Shown here piece after piece: positions 14,119-24,165 of a stretch of 39,866 nt of DNA. The DNA comes from Eledone cirrhosa (Eukaryota). The position numbers and the translations under genes were made by a program. The DNA lies in contig CAXHJY010000167.1 in assembly GCA_964016885.1 (NCBI GenBank), forward strand, positions 1 to 39,866, in the 5' to 3' direction. The stretch's first letter is position 1. The number at the start of each line of letters is the position of its first letter. Under the pieces are notes generated by a model. That model did not search any database. It saw nothing but the letters and a program-made list of their open reading frames with translations, and had not been told where the DNA came from.

Positions 14119-14142
14119 CAAACTCCGTTGTTCCAACCTCTT
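14033..14142. repeat. Perfect 110-bp palindrome centred on (TA)n
   Basis: AAGAGGTTGGAACAACGGAGTTTGGAA-(TA)n-TTCCAAACTCCGTTGTTCCAACCTCTT with no mismatches. Confidence 0.97.
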
Positions 14143-14633
14143 ATATATATATATAGACAAGTAAGCTGAAGAATTTTAAGACATTTTATTTGTCTTACAT
14201 ATGCTTTAACATAGGAAAAAAAGTAAAAAAGGTGGTAAGAGATTCACGTAAGCTCCATTATTAAAATATAGAGATATGTCTATATATTATAATCTGAGTA
14301 TTAACTCAGGGAATTTACCGTTTAACTCTTAATTACACTTAATCCTGTATCTTCAGAGACATGATAAAATATACAAAAATGTAGGAACAGTCATTCTCAA
14401 ATAAATGCATTCAAACATTATAACAACTAGCAGAAAAACCACCCTTCGTGTGGTTTTCTACTAGCATGTGTAATGTGCATATTGATATTATACACAAGTA
14501 TATATACATGTAGATATGATACATCAAATAAAATCGTAATTGACAATATACACAGAAATTGAACGAAGACTGCGTTACACTGTCTTATGTAATCAGTAAC
14601 GTAATTCATGATACATTAAAAAAAAAGACGATA

Positions 14634-15361
14634 TCTAATATATATTTGTGAAATGAGTGGTGGTTGAAATTCAGTTGTGCACGGTTAAATGGCAGTAGAC
14701 GTGGCTCGGACGGACATGAAAATTTACACATCTATGTAAAAAGTGCCAAGGAAGCAAATAGACGAGGTTTCAAATCTTTAACTTGAAAAATGTGGTCCCT
14801 AGGGCCCCCAAACGGTCTATATACTATCGCTTCCGGTGAGTTATTTCCCCCTGTTCTAATACTTGGATGAGTTATTTTCCGTAGTCGCTTTCAATATTCA
14901 TTGTCTTATTTACAATTTCATACAAATTTTAAAACTCATCAATTTTTTCATAACATATCAAACACAACGTTCTTTCGCTGTTTTTGAAAAATCTTATTGA
15001 AAGTTTATTATAAAGAAGCAGTTTCAGGAAAAAAAAATAGAAATATGCACTTGGGGCTGGACGGCGTACAATGAGAAGTGGAGCGACGTGAAAAGCGTTG
15101 TTTATTAACAGCGAAATAGCAACGTCGATGATATGCATAATCTGCATTTTCAAACTTGCATATCATCGACATTGCTATTTCGCTGTTAATAAACAACGTT
15201 TTTCACGTCGCTCCACTTCTCATTGTACGCCGTCCAGCCCCAAGTGCATATTTCTATTTTTTTTCATGAAACTGCTTCTTTATAATAAACTTGCAATAAT
15301 ATTTTTCAAATTATTAACTTAATAAAAAGTGGCCCCGGGTGCAACCGGGCTCAGCTGCTAG
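14634..15361 (+). mobile_element. Nested Helitron-like element in opposite orientation
   Basis: 3' end CCCGGGTGCAACCGGG hairpin + CTAG|T (15358-15361) is clear; the 5' end A|TCTAATATATA at 14634 is tentative. Confidence 0.55.
14983..15310. repeat. 328-bp fold-back: ~155-bp near-perfect inverted arms, 19-nt loop
   Basis: 14983-15137 is the reverse complement of 15157-15310 with about 5 substitutions and one A-run indel; explains the mirror ORFs 15008..15196(-) and 15098..15322(+). Confidence 0.97.
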
Positions 15362-15659
15362 TTATATATAAACTGCATTAGGAGAAAATTAGTGACGGAA
15401 ATATATGAATGTTTATTTAATCGATCGCTAACCGGAAGTGTTAACATTTGAAATTTTTAAAGACGTGAATCTTTAAATAAGTAATAAAATATATTTAATG
15501 AACAGCCACGAAATTTAGTAGATAAATTATGTAATATTCATTCATTATTTATTCAAAGTAATCCAACTTATTTTACAAACGGGATAAAAAATATATATTC
15601 TGGGTGCATTACCGCACTCCTTACTTTATTATAGTTTAGATATCATAACTGGAAAAATA

Positions 15660-15980
15660 TAAACGTTTTTCTCCAGCCGCAACCTAGTGCAGTCTGCGAC
15701 TAACCCAGGTTCTGCTGCACGTCGGGCTGAGGAGGCCAAACTCTTCAAATACCGGTCGCTCTCCGACAGGTTTGCGGTTGTACCCTTGGCAGTGGAGACT
15801 TTTGGTGTCCTCAGCCCTAGGGCTACCTCCCTACTCACTACCATAGGCGCTGAGCTGGCCAACCGCAGGTGTGAGCGTCGCGAGCTGGAATTGCTTTTCC
15901 AGCGCATCTCCCTTGTCATCCTCTGGGGAAACGCCTTCTCCATTCTGTCCGCCGGGGCTGGGGGGAAGCCACCAATATGA
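15660..15980 (+). mobile_element. CRE-clade non-LTR retrotransposon 3' fragment (RLE domain end)
   Basis: PGSAARRAEEAKLFKYRSL...VPLAVETFGVL...LLFQRISLVILWGNAFSIL: the AExxKxxKY and PxAxETxG motifs of restriction-like endonucleases. Confidence 0.85.
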
Positions 15981-16280
15981 TTGACTGACTTGTCATTTTA
16001 TTAGTCAGGTGTTCTGATGATTCTATATGTTATTTCTAAGGTCTACTTAACTGTTGTAACGGGACGCTAAGTTTTAATGACAACAACGTCGAGAAGTTAA
16101 GGGCTGAAACAATTGCTTGAGAAGGGGGTTCTTCTCTAAAGACCTGCCGACCAGCTCTCCCGAGAGCTCCTTACCACTGTGATATGTGTGTGTTCCCCAT
16201 ATTTAGTATACAATTAATTATATGGTTAAGTTTCAACGGAATGAAATACGTGGCCCTGATTCAATTGCTGGTCATACCTA

Positions 16281-16332
16281 TTTTTTTTTTGTTTTTTGTT
16301 TTTTGTTTTTTGTTTTTTGTTTTTTGTTTTTT
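16281..16332. repeat. (TTTTTTG)n heptamer repeat
   Basis: Direct inspection. Confidence 0.9.
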
Positions 16333-16534
16333 ACTTACTTGCAGTGATGTTCTTGGATAAGGCAGGGAACCAACGACTCCTATTTTCTCTCATATCAATT
16401 GTTCTGATGTAACATTTAATGATTTTATTATATCAAAATAAATGTTGTTCGTGAAATTAAATAATAGCAAAGTTCACATTTTTCCCAAACAAATATGCTG
16501 ACACTATAGAGAGCTTGAAATTACAAACACAAAT

Positions 16535-16654
16535 GCCATAGCTATATACATACGCCATAGCTATATACATACGCCATAGCTATATACATACGCCATAGCT
16601 ATATACATACGCCATAGCTATATACATATGCCATAGCTATATACATACGCCATA
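16535..16654. repeat. 19-bp minisatellite, ~6.3 copies
   Basis: Unit GCCATAGCTATATACATAC starts at 16535, 16554, 16573, 16592, 16611, 16630 and 16649; one substitution. Confidence 0.97.
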
Positions 16655-17331
16655 TATTACTTATTTCACATGAAAATATAGAATTAAACATTTCAGTCCC
16701 CCACAGACATTGGCTCCCTCTCTGAGTGCAATGGAGATGCGTAGCTCTTCCAGACTGGAAGGCTACCGATTCTGTCATAAGGCAAAATAGTACAGACAAC
16801 CCTTTAGTTTTATGTTGTATTTTCCATAAAATCTATCTCTAACTTTTAGAATCGAACTTTGTCAGAATTGTCTTCATCCTTACAATAGTTTGGTCTGAGT
16901 GTGCCCTATTGAGCTATAGTCAGTTTCTCCTACTTCTCGGGCGACTTAGTTATTTTATTGACACAGATAGTTATAAATATCTGTTAACTACTAGGATTGA
17001 TGCAATGGGCGATGATATAAGGATTTGAAAAACTTCGATTAAATAAACAAAAGACAAAAGTTTCCTCTAGTGGTGATTAAAATCTAAAAACAAGCAAGGG
17101 AGATAACTCCTATGAGATCAGTTGCTCGGATTTTTGTTACAATCTTGACAATGCAGATTGGAGTTGATCTGGACTTTGAAACCAACAATTGAGCGGAGTT
17201 TTTCAACCCACTATATTACATATGTAGAATATATATATGTGTGTATGTGTGTCTGTCTGGTTTTGAAGACACTGCGAAAGGGGTACCAAAACTCCGAACT
17301 AATTCAGACTACACACACCATCCATGAACAC

Positions 17332-17532
17332 GGGTAGCAAATCTATAAGAGCATCAAACAAAATGCCTGCAATGTTTAGTTACGTTTTGAATTCAAATCT
17401 TGCCGAGGTCAACTTTGTTTTTCGTTTTTCCGGAGTCGATTAAATATAGTACCAGTGAAGCATTGGGGTTGATATAATCGACTATACTATTCTGCAGAAC
17501 GTGTGGCTTTGTGCCAGTGTAAGAAATTAATT
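17332..17532 (+). mobile_element. Diverged tRNA-SINE related to family A
   Basis: GAATTCAAATCTTGCCGAGGTCAACTTTG...GGAGTCGATTAAA...GTACCAGT...GGCTTTGTGCCA is collinear with family A. Confidence 0.7.
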
Positions 17533-18074
17533 ATATATGCTTATAACAAAAACTGTAACATAATGAGCATAGATATATCCACTTAATACATATAATATAA
17601 AACAAGGGAAAACTAGTTGGTAGTATTTATCTTCGCAATGCCTATCGCATGATTTCAAACTTTATTTTACTTCCTTTCTCTCACTCTCTTCTTCTTATTG
17701 CTGCTGTTGTTTCGTGATTCTTTTTTCAGCCAATAAGCACTGATTACATGAGTCATCACCGTTTCGCCTTGGAATTAGCAAGATATATAGGCGTATGTAT
17801 TGGAAAAAGACCGACTACCTGCTGATACACCTTCTCTCTAGTTAATTGCAACTTGCTGCCGTGGAATAAAAACGAGAGAACGCCACATTCAGAGATAGAC
17901 GGAGGGGGTTGTATATGGTGGTTGTTGAGTGGGTCTTCACACGCCCGCGCTCTATAATGGGTATAATACTCTTTGGTTGGCAAGCCGTGCTTTTTTTCTG
18001 CCTGCAAGATGTACTTTCCGTTAATAAAATCATCAGGTGATGTTTTACGGGCTTTTCTTTATATTTATTTATAT

Positions 18075-18137
<63 letters not shown>

Positions 18138-18373
18138 GCGGATGTGTGTGTACATACGCGCATACACATATATAATTCTTTGTTTCTTTTACTCTATTTT
18201 AAAACCTACTAAACCGCAATCCACACATTTCCACCCATGCATCAACATAATCAACTACCCTAACCTCACCCCCATAAGCGACTACCAATCCATACCTCGC
18301 CCATCACGCCAGAAACAGCAATCCGTAACTTTAACAAATGCGTTGAAAATTTCAATTATTCGTGCTTAATAAT

Positions 18374-18557
18374 TTTTTCTGCTTTTGGCACAAGGCCATC
18401 AATTACCCAATACATTACTGATACTTTATTTTATCGACCCCGTAAGGATGAAAGGCAAAGTTAACCTCGACGGGATTTGAACTCAGACCGTAAAGGGACG
18501 CAACTATGCTGGAAAGCATGGCGTCCGACCCTCTACCGATACTGCCAATTCATCGCC
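18374..18557 (-). mobile_element. Full-length tRNA-derived SINE family A (Nin/Deu-like central domain) with 15-bp TSD
   Basis: A-box TGGCAGTATCGG, B-box GAGTTCAAATCC, core GCCTTTCATCCTTACGGGGTCGATAAAAT; TSD TTCGTGCTTAATAAT at 18359-18373 and 18558-18572. Confidence 0.92.
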
Positions 18558-18616
18558 TTCGTGCTTAATAATACAATAACAGTAACAACGATTGGGGTGA
18601 TAATGATTGTGTGTGT

Positions 18617-18866
18617 GACAGCTCACACCTATGCAGGTTTAGTTGGCTTCCTTCAAGGTATATCTCGTTGGAGGTGTCTTGGGTAATTTAATGATAGGGA
18701 CCCCCAGTCCTATCATCTCATTTCTACAGCTGAGTAAACTGGAGCAACGTGAAATAAAGTGTCTTGCTCAAGAAAACAACACATGACCCGGTCCGAGAAT
18801 TGAACTCACAACTTTTCGATTGCAAGCCTAATGCTCTAACCACTAACCACTAAGCCATGTGCCTTC
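18617..18866 (-). mobile_element. tRNA-derived CORE-SINE with 17-bp TSD
   Basis: Head TGGCTTAGTGG...GAGTTCAATTCT; core TTGAGCAAGACACTT...CAGTTTACTCAGCTGTAGAAATG resembles the MIR/CORE domain; TSD ATAATGATTGTGTGTGT at 18600-18616 and 18867-18883. Confidence 0.88.
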
Positions 18867-19069
18867 ATAATGATTGTGTGTGTTTGTTCGTACATACATA
18901 CCATGCCCTTAACTTCTGAATGAATCGTAGGGGCGCCGCAGAGATAAACAGCGTGTCTTGAGCATTTAAACCTGGTGGAATCCATCTCTTTCTAGATCTG
19001 AGCATTACCGATTTCCTTCAGAGAGAGGATATGTGCTGCAGAAAGGAAGTGATGTAGAGGGAAAATCGC

Positions 19070-19219
19070 CCCTAGTACTGAACTGGTACCTTATTTATCG
19101 CCCTCGAAATGATGAAAAGAATAGTTGACCACGGTGGGATTTAAACTCAAAGCACAGAGAACCGGAATGAAAACAGCGAAGCAGTCTAGCCGACGTTCTA
19201 CCGACTTTGCTAATTCGCC
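19070..19219 (-). mobile_element. Diverged tRNA-SINE related to family A
   Basis: Plus strand CTGGTACCTTATTTATCG...GATGAAA...GTTGACC..GGGATTTAAACTC...GCTAATTCGCC is collinear with the 18374 copy. Confidence 0.7.
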
Positions 19220-19298
19220 TTTATATATATGGACCTGTTATTTTTATCTAAAGAAATTTTTTTCAAATTCCATCCCGCCCGTCCCCTCAATCTATCTT

Positions 19299-19428
19299 AT
19301 TTCTCATTCTTTCTTCTGATTACGGATTAGCGTCCGAAACGTTAAGACCCTCTTCCTGCTATATCAAGCGTTAACCTAATATACCCCTTCCATATACTGT
19401 ACCGATTGCGTTATTTCTGTCTACCTTT
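19299..19428 (+). mobile_element. PLE-like pseudo-LTR fragment with mutated hammerhead (19312-19347)
   Basis: TCTT-CTGATTA-CGGATTAGCGTCC-GAAA-CGTT-AAGA; inverted homolog of 19520-19657; runs into (TA)n. Confidence 0.7.

Positions 19429-19519
<91 letters not shown>
19429..19519. repeat. (TA)n(GT)n compound microsatellite
   Basis: Direct inspection. Confidence 0.97.
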
Positions 19520-19522
<3 letters not shown>

Positions 19523-19657
19523 AAAAGACACAAAACTAACAAAGCAAATGACACAGTACAACGAAGAAATATATTATTAGTTTTACGCTTGATATAGAAG
19601 GAAAAGAGTCTTAACGTTTCGGACGCTAGTCCTTCATCAGAAGATAGAATGAGAAAT
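19520..19657 (-). mobile_element. PLE-like pseudo-LTR fragment carrying a hammerhead motif
   Basis: Reverse complement aligns to 19299-19428. Confidence 0.7.
19609..19644 (-). ncRNA. Minimal type I hammerhead ribozyme motif (PLE type)
   Basis: UCUU-CUGAUGA-A-GGAC-UAGC-GUCC-GAAA-CG-UU-AAGA: intact CUGAnGA and GAAA cores, 4-bp stem II, 4-bp stem I, palindromic AACGUU in place of stem III. Confidence 0.72.
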
Positions 19658-19794
19658 TATGAATGATGAAAATGAATTGAAAAAACAAACTAAATAAGCT
19701 CTCTTGTACTAGATTGAGCACGTTTTACCTTTGCCTTACATCTACGGATATCCTATATATATTGTTGAGCCTACGTCAGGGCTTCGATGTGGCC

Positions 19795-19970
19795 GTTCGC
19801 CCTGCTAAATATAGCAATCAGCCAAATTTCCTCTTTAAAAAGATAAGAAAGAACAGTTTGGGAAAATGTAGTCCTAGATACACTGTCTAAAAAACAAACA
19901 AACAAAAGACTAGGTGGTCATGGCGTCAATGATTTGAACCAAAGATGTACAGGATCGGTGTTGAATTGGG
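19795..19970 (-). mobile_element. Interspersed repeat family B, diverged copy
   Basis: TGCTAAATATAGCAATCAGCCAAATTTCCTC is approximately the reverse complement of GGAGGTTTAGCTGCTGTTTCTAGCA at ~23220-23244. Confidence 0.55.
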
Positions 19971-20569
19971 AGTGTAGAGACAATAAATAAATTGTAATCT
20001 AAGAACCCTTTTCTAGACAAAGAGATGGTGAGTGTCAATTGAAAAAGGTTCAATTAATGTGGTTAATGATCAATCAGTTTGGTGATTTTAAGCTGGATCA
20101 CATAAAACAATTTAAGTATTTAATCGAATACTGCATCGATATACCCACTAGTAAAGCTATTATAAACATATAAATTAACAAATTATTTATAAATATCTTA
20201 TGCTAAATCATTACAGGATGTTAAGTGTTAAGGAACAGTGTGCCGATATATCTGACGGATGTCCGGGTCAATTTTAAGACCCTGTCCGCTTCTGAGAAGG
20301 GAGTTCTATAAGGATGCAACTTTAACACAGAATGTTGGGAATTTACTCTTAAGTCGCTGTCTAGGAAATAACATGAAGGTTGAACAAACAAGAGGCGGAT
20401 GGCCGAAATTCAGAAGTCAGTGAGTTAGCTGATATAATTATCAAGTTCAGAGAAGCAGAGGGATAGTTGATATAGTTATCGAGTTCAGAGGTTGTTGTAG
20501 TGACGTTCGATGAGACTGACAGCAGCAACACTACATACATACTGGTAGGTTAGTATTGTTAGTTCGTTT

Positions 20570-20782
20570 GTGGAGTGGCAAAATCGTTAGAGCGTCGGGC
20601 AAAATGCCTAGCAGCATTTGTAATGGTTGTTTACGTTCCGAGTTTAAAGCCCCTCGATATCAACATTGACTTTCATCCTTCCGAAGTCAATAAAATAAAA
20701 TATCACTCGAATAATGGGGTCGATTTAACCGACTTTCCCCCTTCCTTCAAAATTGCTAGCCTCGTACCAAATTGATAAACCA
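20570..20782 (+). mobile_element. tRNA-SINE related to family A (longer 3' body)
   Basis: TGGCAAAATCGTTAGAGCGTCGG...GACTTTCATCCTTCCGAAGTCAATAAAATAAA...AATTGCTAGCCTCGTACCAAA. Confidence 0.78.
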
Positions 20783-21267
20783 CTATTAGTATATCAGACA
20801 GGTATTTTTTAACAGCGAAAGATAGGTAAGGTACATACATATTTTGTGTATGTGCGAACGTGTGTGTAAAGCATATGTACAATCTCATTACTCTACTATA
20901 AGGTGTTTCCTTGTGGAAAAGCAACAATTCATAGTATCTAAAGTACTTTTTCTGGCTCTGATACATTCATAACAGAGATGATGATGATCATGACAATGAT
21001 AGCAAACCCTGAAATGTCTGGATACTGCTGTTCTATGCAGACAACACATAAGAGACGTGTTTACTTTAATCGAATAACTTACAACTCGAACATTAAGCGC
21101 TGTGCATGTCCTTCCCAATTAAAAAAAATATATCTGCTACACCCGTCACTTGCAATCGTTCCAAGTGCCCATGCAGTCACGAGAAAATACGGTCAATCCT
21201 TTAAACCTCCCTCCTTTGATCCAGTGGGACATCCAGGATGTGATAGCTGGAAGAAAAAAGAACCGCA

Positions 21268-21402
21268 CCAGCACTGGAGTGGTACTTTTTTTATCACTCT
21301 CTGAAAGAATGAAAAACAAAGTGGACCTCGACGGAATTTGAACACCTAATACAGAGACAATAAACAAATATTCAGCGCTTAATAACTTTGCCAAATCAAC
21401 CA
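21268..21402 (-). mobile_element. Diverged tRNA-SINE related to family A
   Basis: Plus strand TGGTACTTTTTTATC...GAATGAAAAACAAAGTGGACCTCGACGGAATTTGAAC. Confidence 0.7.
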
Positions 21403-21417
21403 CCTTCCTTCCTACGT

Positions 21418-21598
21418 GGATTGGCAGTATCGGTAGAGGGTCGGACGCCATGTTTTAAAGCATAGTTACCTCCCTTTATGATCTGAGTTCAAATCCCGCC
21501 GAGGTTAGAGCTTTGCCTTTCATCTTTACGGGGTCGATAAAGTACCAGTAATGTACTGGGATAATAGCTGGCCTTGTGCCAAAAGGTAGAAACAATTA
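21418..21598 (+). mobile_element. tRNA-SINE family A
   Basis: Collinear with the 18374-18557 copy; A and B boxes present. Confidence 0.9.
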
Positions 21599-21763
21599 TA
21601 TATATGTGTGTGTGTGTGTGCGAGCGCGCAAGAAACCCCCTCCTTCCTTAACATTCAATTCAATATTTTATTACTTCCATAAATGGAGTAAGGGCTTGAG
21701 ACATGTGCTGCTCCTTCTTCTTCTCTCCGCGAATTATGACCTTTATATCAATAATACATTAAC

Positions 21764-21938
21764 TGTTTCTACTTTTGGCACAAGGCCAGCAATTACCCAG
21801 TACATTACTGGTACTTTATTTTATCGACCCCGTAAGGATGAAAGGCAAAGTTAAAATCGGCGGGATTTGAACTCAGATCGTAAAGGGACGTAACTATGCT
21901 GCAAAGCATGGCGTCCGACTCTCTACCGATACTGCCAA
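21764..21938 (-). mobile_element. tRNA-SINE family A
   Basis: Highly similar inverted copy of 21418-21598. Confidence 0.9.
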
Positions 21939-22049
21939 ATTAACATGTCTCTCATATAAAACTGAAGCCTGATCCCCAAGGCAAGAAATACAAGAAATAG
22001 TTATATTTAAAATGCTATACGGAGACGGAACGATGGATCAGTGGGATAA

Positions 22050-22362
22050 CTTTCTCTCTCTCTTTCTCTCTCTCTCTCTTTCTCTCTTTCTCTCTTTCTC
22101 TCTCTCCCTTTCTCTCTCTCTCTTTCTCTATCTCTCTCTCTTTCTCTGTCTCTCTCACTCTCTCTTTCTCTCTCACTCTCTCTTTCTCTCTGTCTCTCTC
22201 ACTCTCTCTCTTTCTCTCTCTGTCTCTCTCTCTCTCTCTGTCTCTCTCTCACTCTCTCTCTTTCTCTCTCTGTCTCTCTCTCTCTGTCTCTCTCTCACTC
22301 ACTCTCTCTCTGTCTCTCACTCTCACTCTGTCTCTCATTCTCTCTCTCTCTTTCTCTCTCTC
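22050..22362. repeat. Interrupted (CT)n polypyrimidine microsatellite
   Basis: About 310 bp of CT with TTT, CA and GT variants. Confidence 0.97.
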
Positions 22363-22659
22363 ATATGGTTTCTTAACTTTTCAAGTCAAATAGGTTGCTG
22401 CCACCCAAATACTCCCTTGCAAATAATATATAAACTGGGGAGGGAGGGTAAGCATATCCACCTCACTCAATAATTATATTTTTCTCCCAAACTACCAAAA
22501 TACACATCTATTTGTATATGCGCTACAATTTATGTAAATGTTATATTTACCGCATATCGAAGTTTTTTTTTTATATCTTGGTTGACAATAAGAGCTAAAC
22601 TAATTTGGTTAATCACTACAACTAAACTGACCAAATATGTATGTGTCTGTGTGTGTGTT

Positions 22660-22710
<51 letters not shown>

Positions 22711-22840
22711 AGGCGGTGAATCGGCATGGGCATTAGGATGTCGGATACAGTGCATTGCGACATTTGTTCCGGCTCAAATTTCACCGAAGTCTTTTCATCC
22801 TTTTGAGATCGACAAATAAATTATAAGACCAGTACTGGAA
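22711..22840 (+). mobile_element. Diverged tRNA-SINE related to family A
   Basis: GGCGGTGAATCGGCA...CTCAAATTTCACCGAAGTCTTTTCATCCTTTTGAGATCGACAAAT. Confidence 0.6.
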
Positions 22841-23064
22841 TTGACTCTTCCTCATTTTCTATCTTTGTCTGGAAAATGTCTGCTGCTCTGAAGCAATCCG
22901 GTGTTATGCCATAAACATTAATAGACATTTATACATACATATACTACACGCATGCGCACACCATACAGTATTTGGTTTTCTTCCTCATTTTTTTCTTAGT
23001 TCAGGTACTCTTCCGAGATTGACTTTGCCTCTCATCTCTCCAGGGTTGATAGAATAAGAACTTG

Positions 23065-23245
23065 TTTTAACCACAGGTTAACCCTAAACGAGAAGATCTA
23101 TGATCAAAGATATTCCAACCGCGGCCATTCCGTATTTCTTTATATCGGGAACTGTATTGTCCAATGTGTTTTTTCCTTACTATTTTTCTTCTTTCTAAGA
23201 CGGTAAAGTGTGATTCGACGGAGGTTTAGCTGCTGTTTCTAGCAT
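23065..23245 (+). mobile_element. Interspersed repeat family B
   Basis: Best-preserved copy; shares motifs with 9192-9385 and, inverted, with 19795-19970. Confidence 0.6.
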
Positions 23246-23407
23246 ATCGTGTGTCTGTATAGAAGCTCCTTTGTTGGTAAAGGTCGATTCACAAAAGTAA
23301 TTATTATTTTGAGAGCTAATCAACAACCACTAAGAAATTATGTTCGTCTATTTTTGTCGTTTAGCTCTAGGCCGGGCATCTATGATCGCGTTCCAGCTAT
23401 CCCTCAC

Positions 23408-23528
23408 CATCATATTCTTCTATTTTGGAGAGGATAAACAATACTTTGAATCGGGTAATCGACTCTTTCATCTTGTGTGTACTCTCATGCACCCCTACCA
23501 GCAATCCACATTTCCAAACTAATGCAAC
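23408..23528 (-). other. Candidate 121-bp internal exon
   Basis: Acceptor AATTTTCTACAG|G and donor ATG|GTGAGG; one open frame VALVWKCGLLVGVHESTHKMKESITRFKVLFILSKIEEYD; no recognisable homology. Confidence 0.3.
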
Positions 23529-24165
23529 CTGTAGAAAATTAATTATCATTCTTCCTAGTGTTTGTTTCTTTGGTTTCACTGGCTGATTGCTTGGGTGATT
23601 AAATGGTCTATTTCAAAAGCTACTCAAACTAGGAAGTTCAGTGATTATTATACAGAATATATATATTTGTTTATTATTTCAAATTTTAGATTAGGTCAAT
23701 GTTTTGCTTTTTTAAACCAATTATTCAGATAATAAACCTGGCGAGCTTCAAGGTCATACAAAAAATATAATCAATTGTATGATAAATATCTTTCTAATAT
23801 AACTGGCTATAACTGTGCAGAATGCATTCACATATTGACCATATATGTAGAGAAAATGTCTTGTGTTTTCAATCGTCCACCATTTTGGCTTATATTTTTA
23901 ACGTAATCAGCGAGATATTTTGGTCAAATATCTCTTCTGATTACGTTACCAGATTAGTGGTGGTATGGGTGGTTGAGTATACATCAAACGTTTCTGTTCT
24001 TTTCATTTTGTTTTGTAGCTACAGACTGTCTGGAGTGTCAGAAACCACATTGTACTTAATTAAATGTCTTCCATTGTTTTAGTTGCATCCATTTCCATTC
24101 AGAGTTCAAATCCTGACAAATTGAACTAAGTCTTTTAAATTCCTACCCTAGAGTCATAAATAAAT

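Larger units (their letters stand above)
14427..15640 (-). mobile_element. Non-autonomous Helitron-like element (outer)
   Basis: Minus 5' end A|TCTAAACTATAATAAAG (15640); 3' hairpin AAAACCAC-CCTTCGT-GTGGTTTT (14435-14457) then CTAG|T (14430-14427). Confidence 0.65.

Noticed and set aside
14320-14365. Minus-strand CTGAAGA followed by a TACA/TGTA stem as a hammerhead
   Set aside because: No GAAA directly after the stem and no convincing stem I.
15008-15322. Pair of near-identical small ORFs on opposite strands
   Set aside because: A consequence of the DNA palindrome, not duplicated genes.
16535-16654. Regular short repeat resembling a CRISPR array
   Set aside because: Units are head-to-tail with no unique spacers, no cas genes are present, and the context is eukaryotic.
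18374-18866. A/B boxes as tRNA genes
   Set aside because: No complete cloverleaf; the heads continue into SINE bodies bounded by TSDs.
22012-22473. 153-aa Ser/Leu-rich ORF
   Set aside because: Translation of a (CT)n microsatellite.
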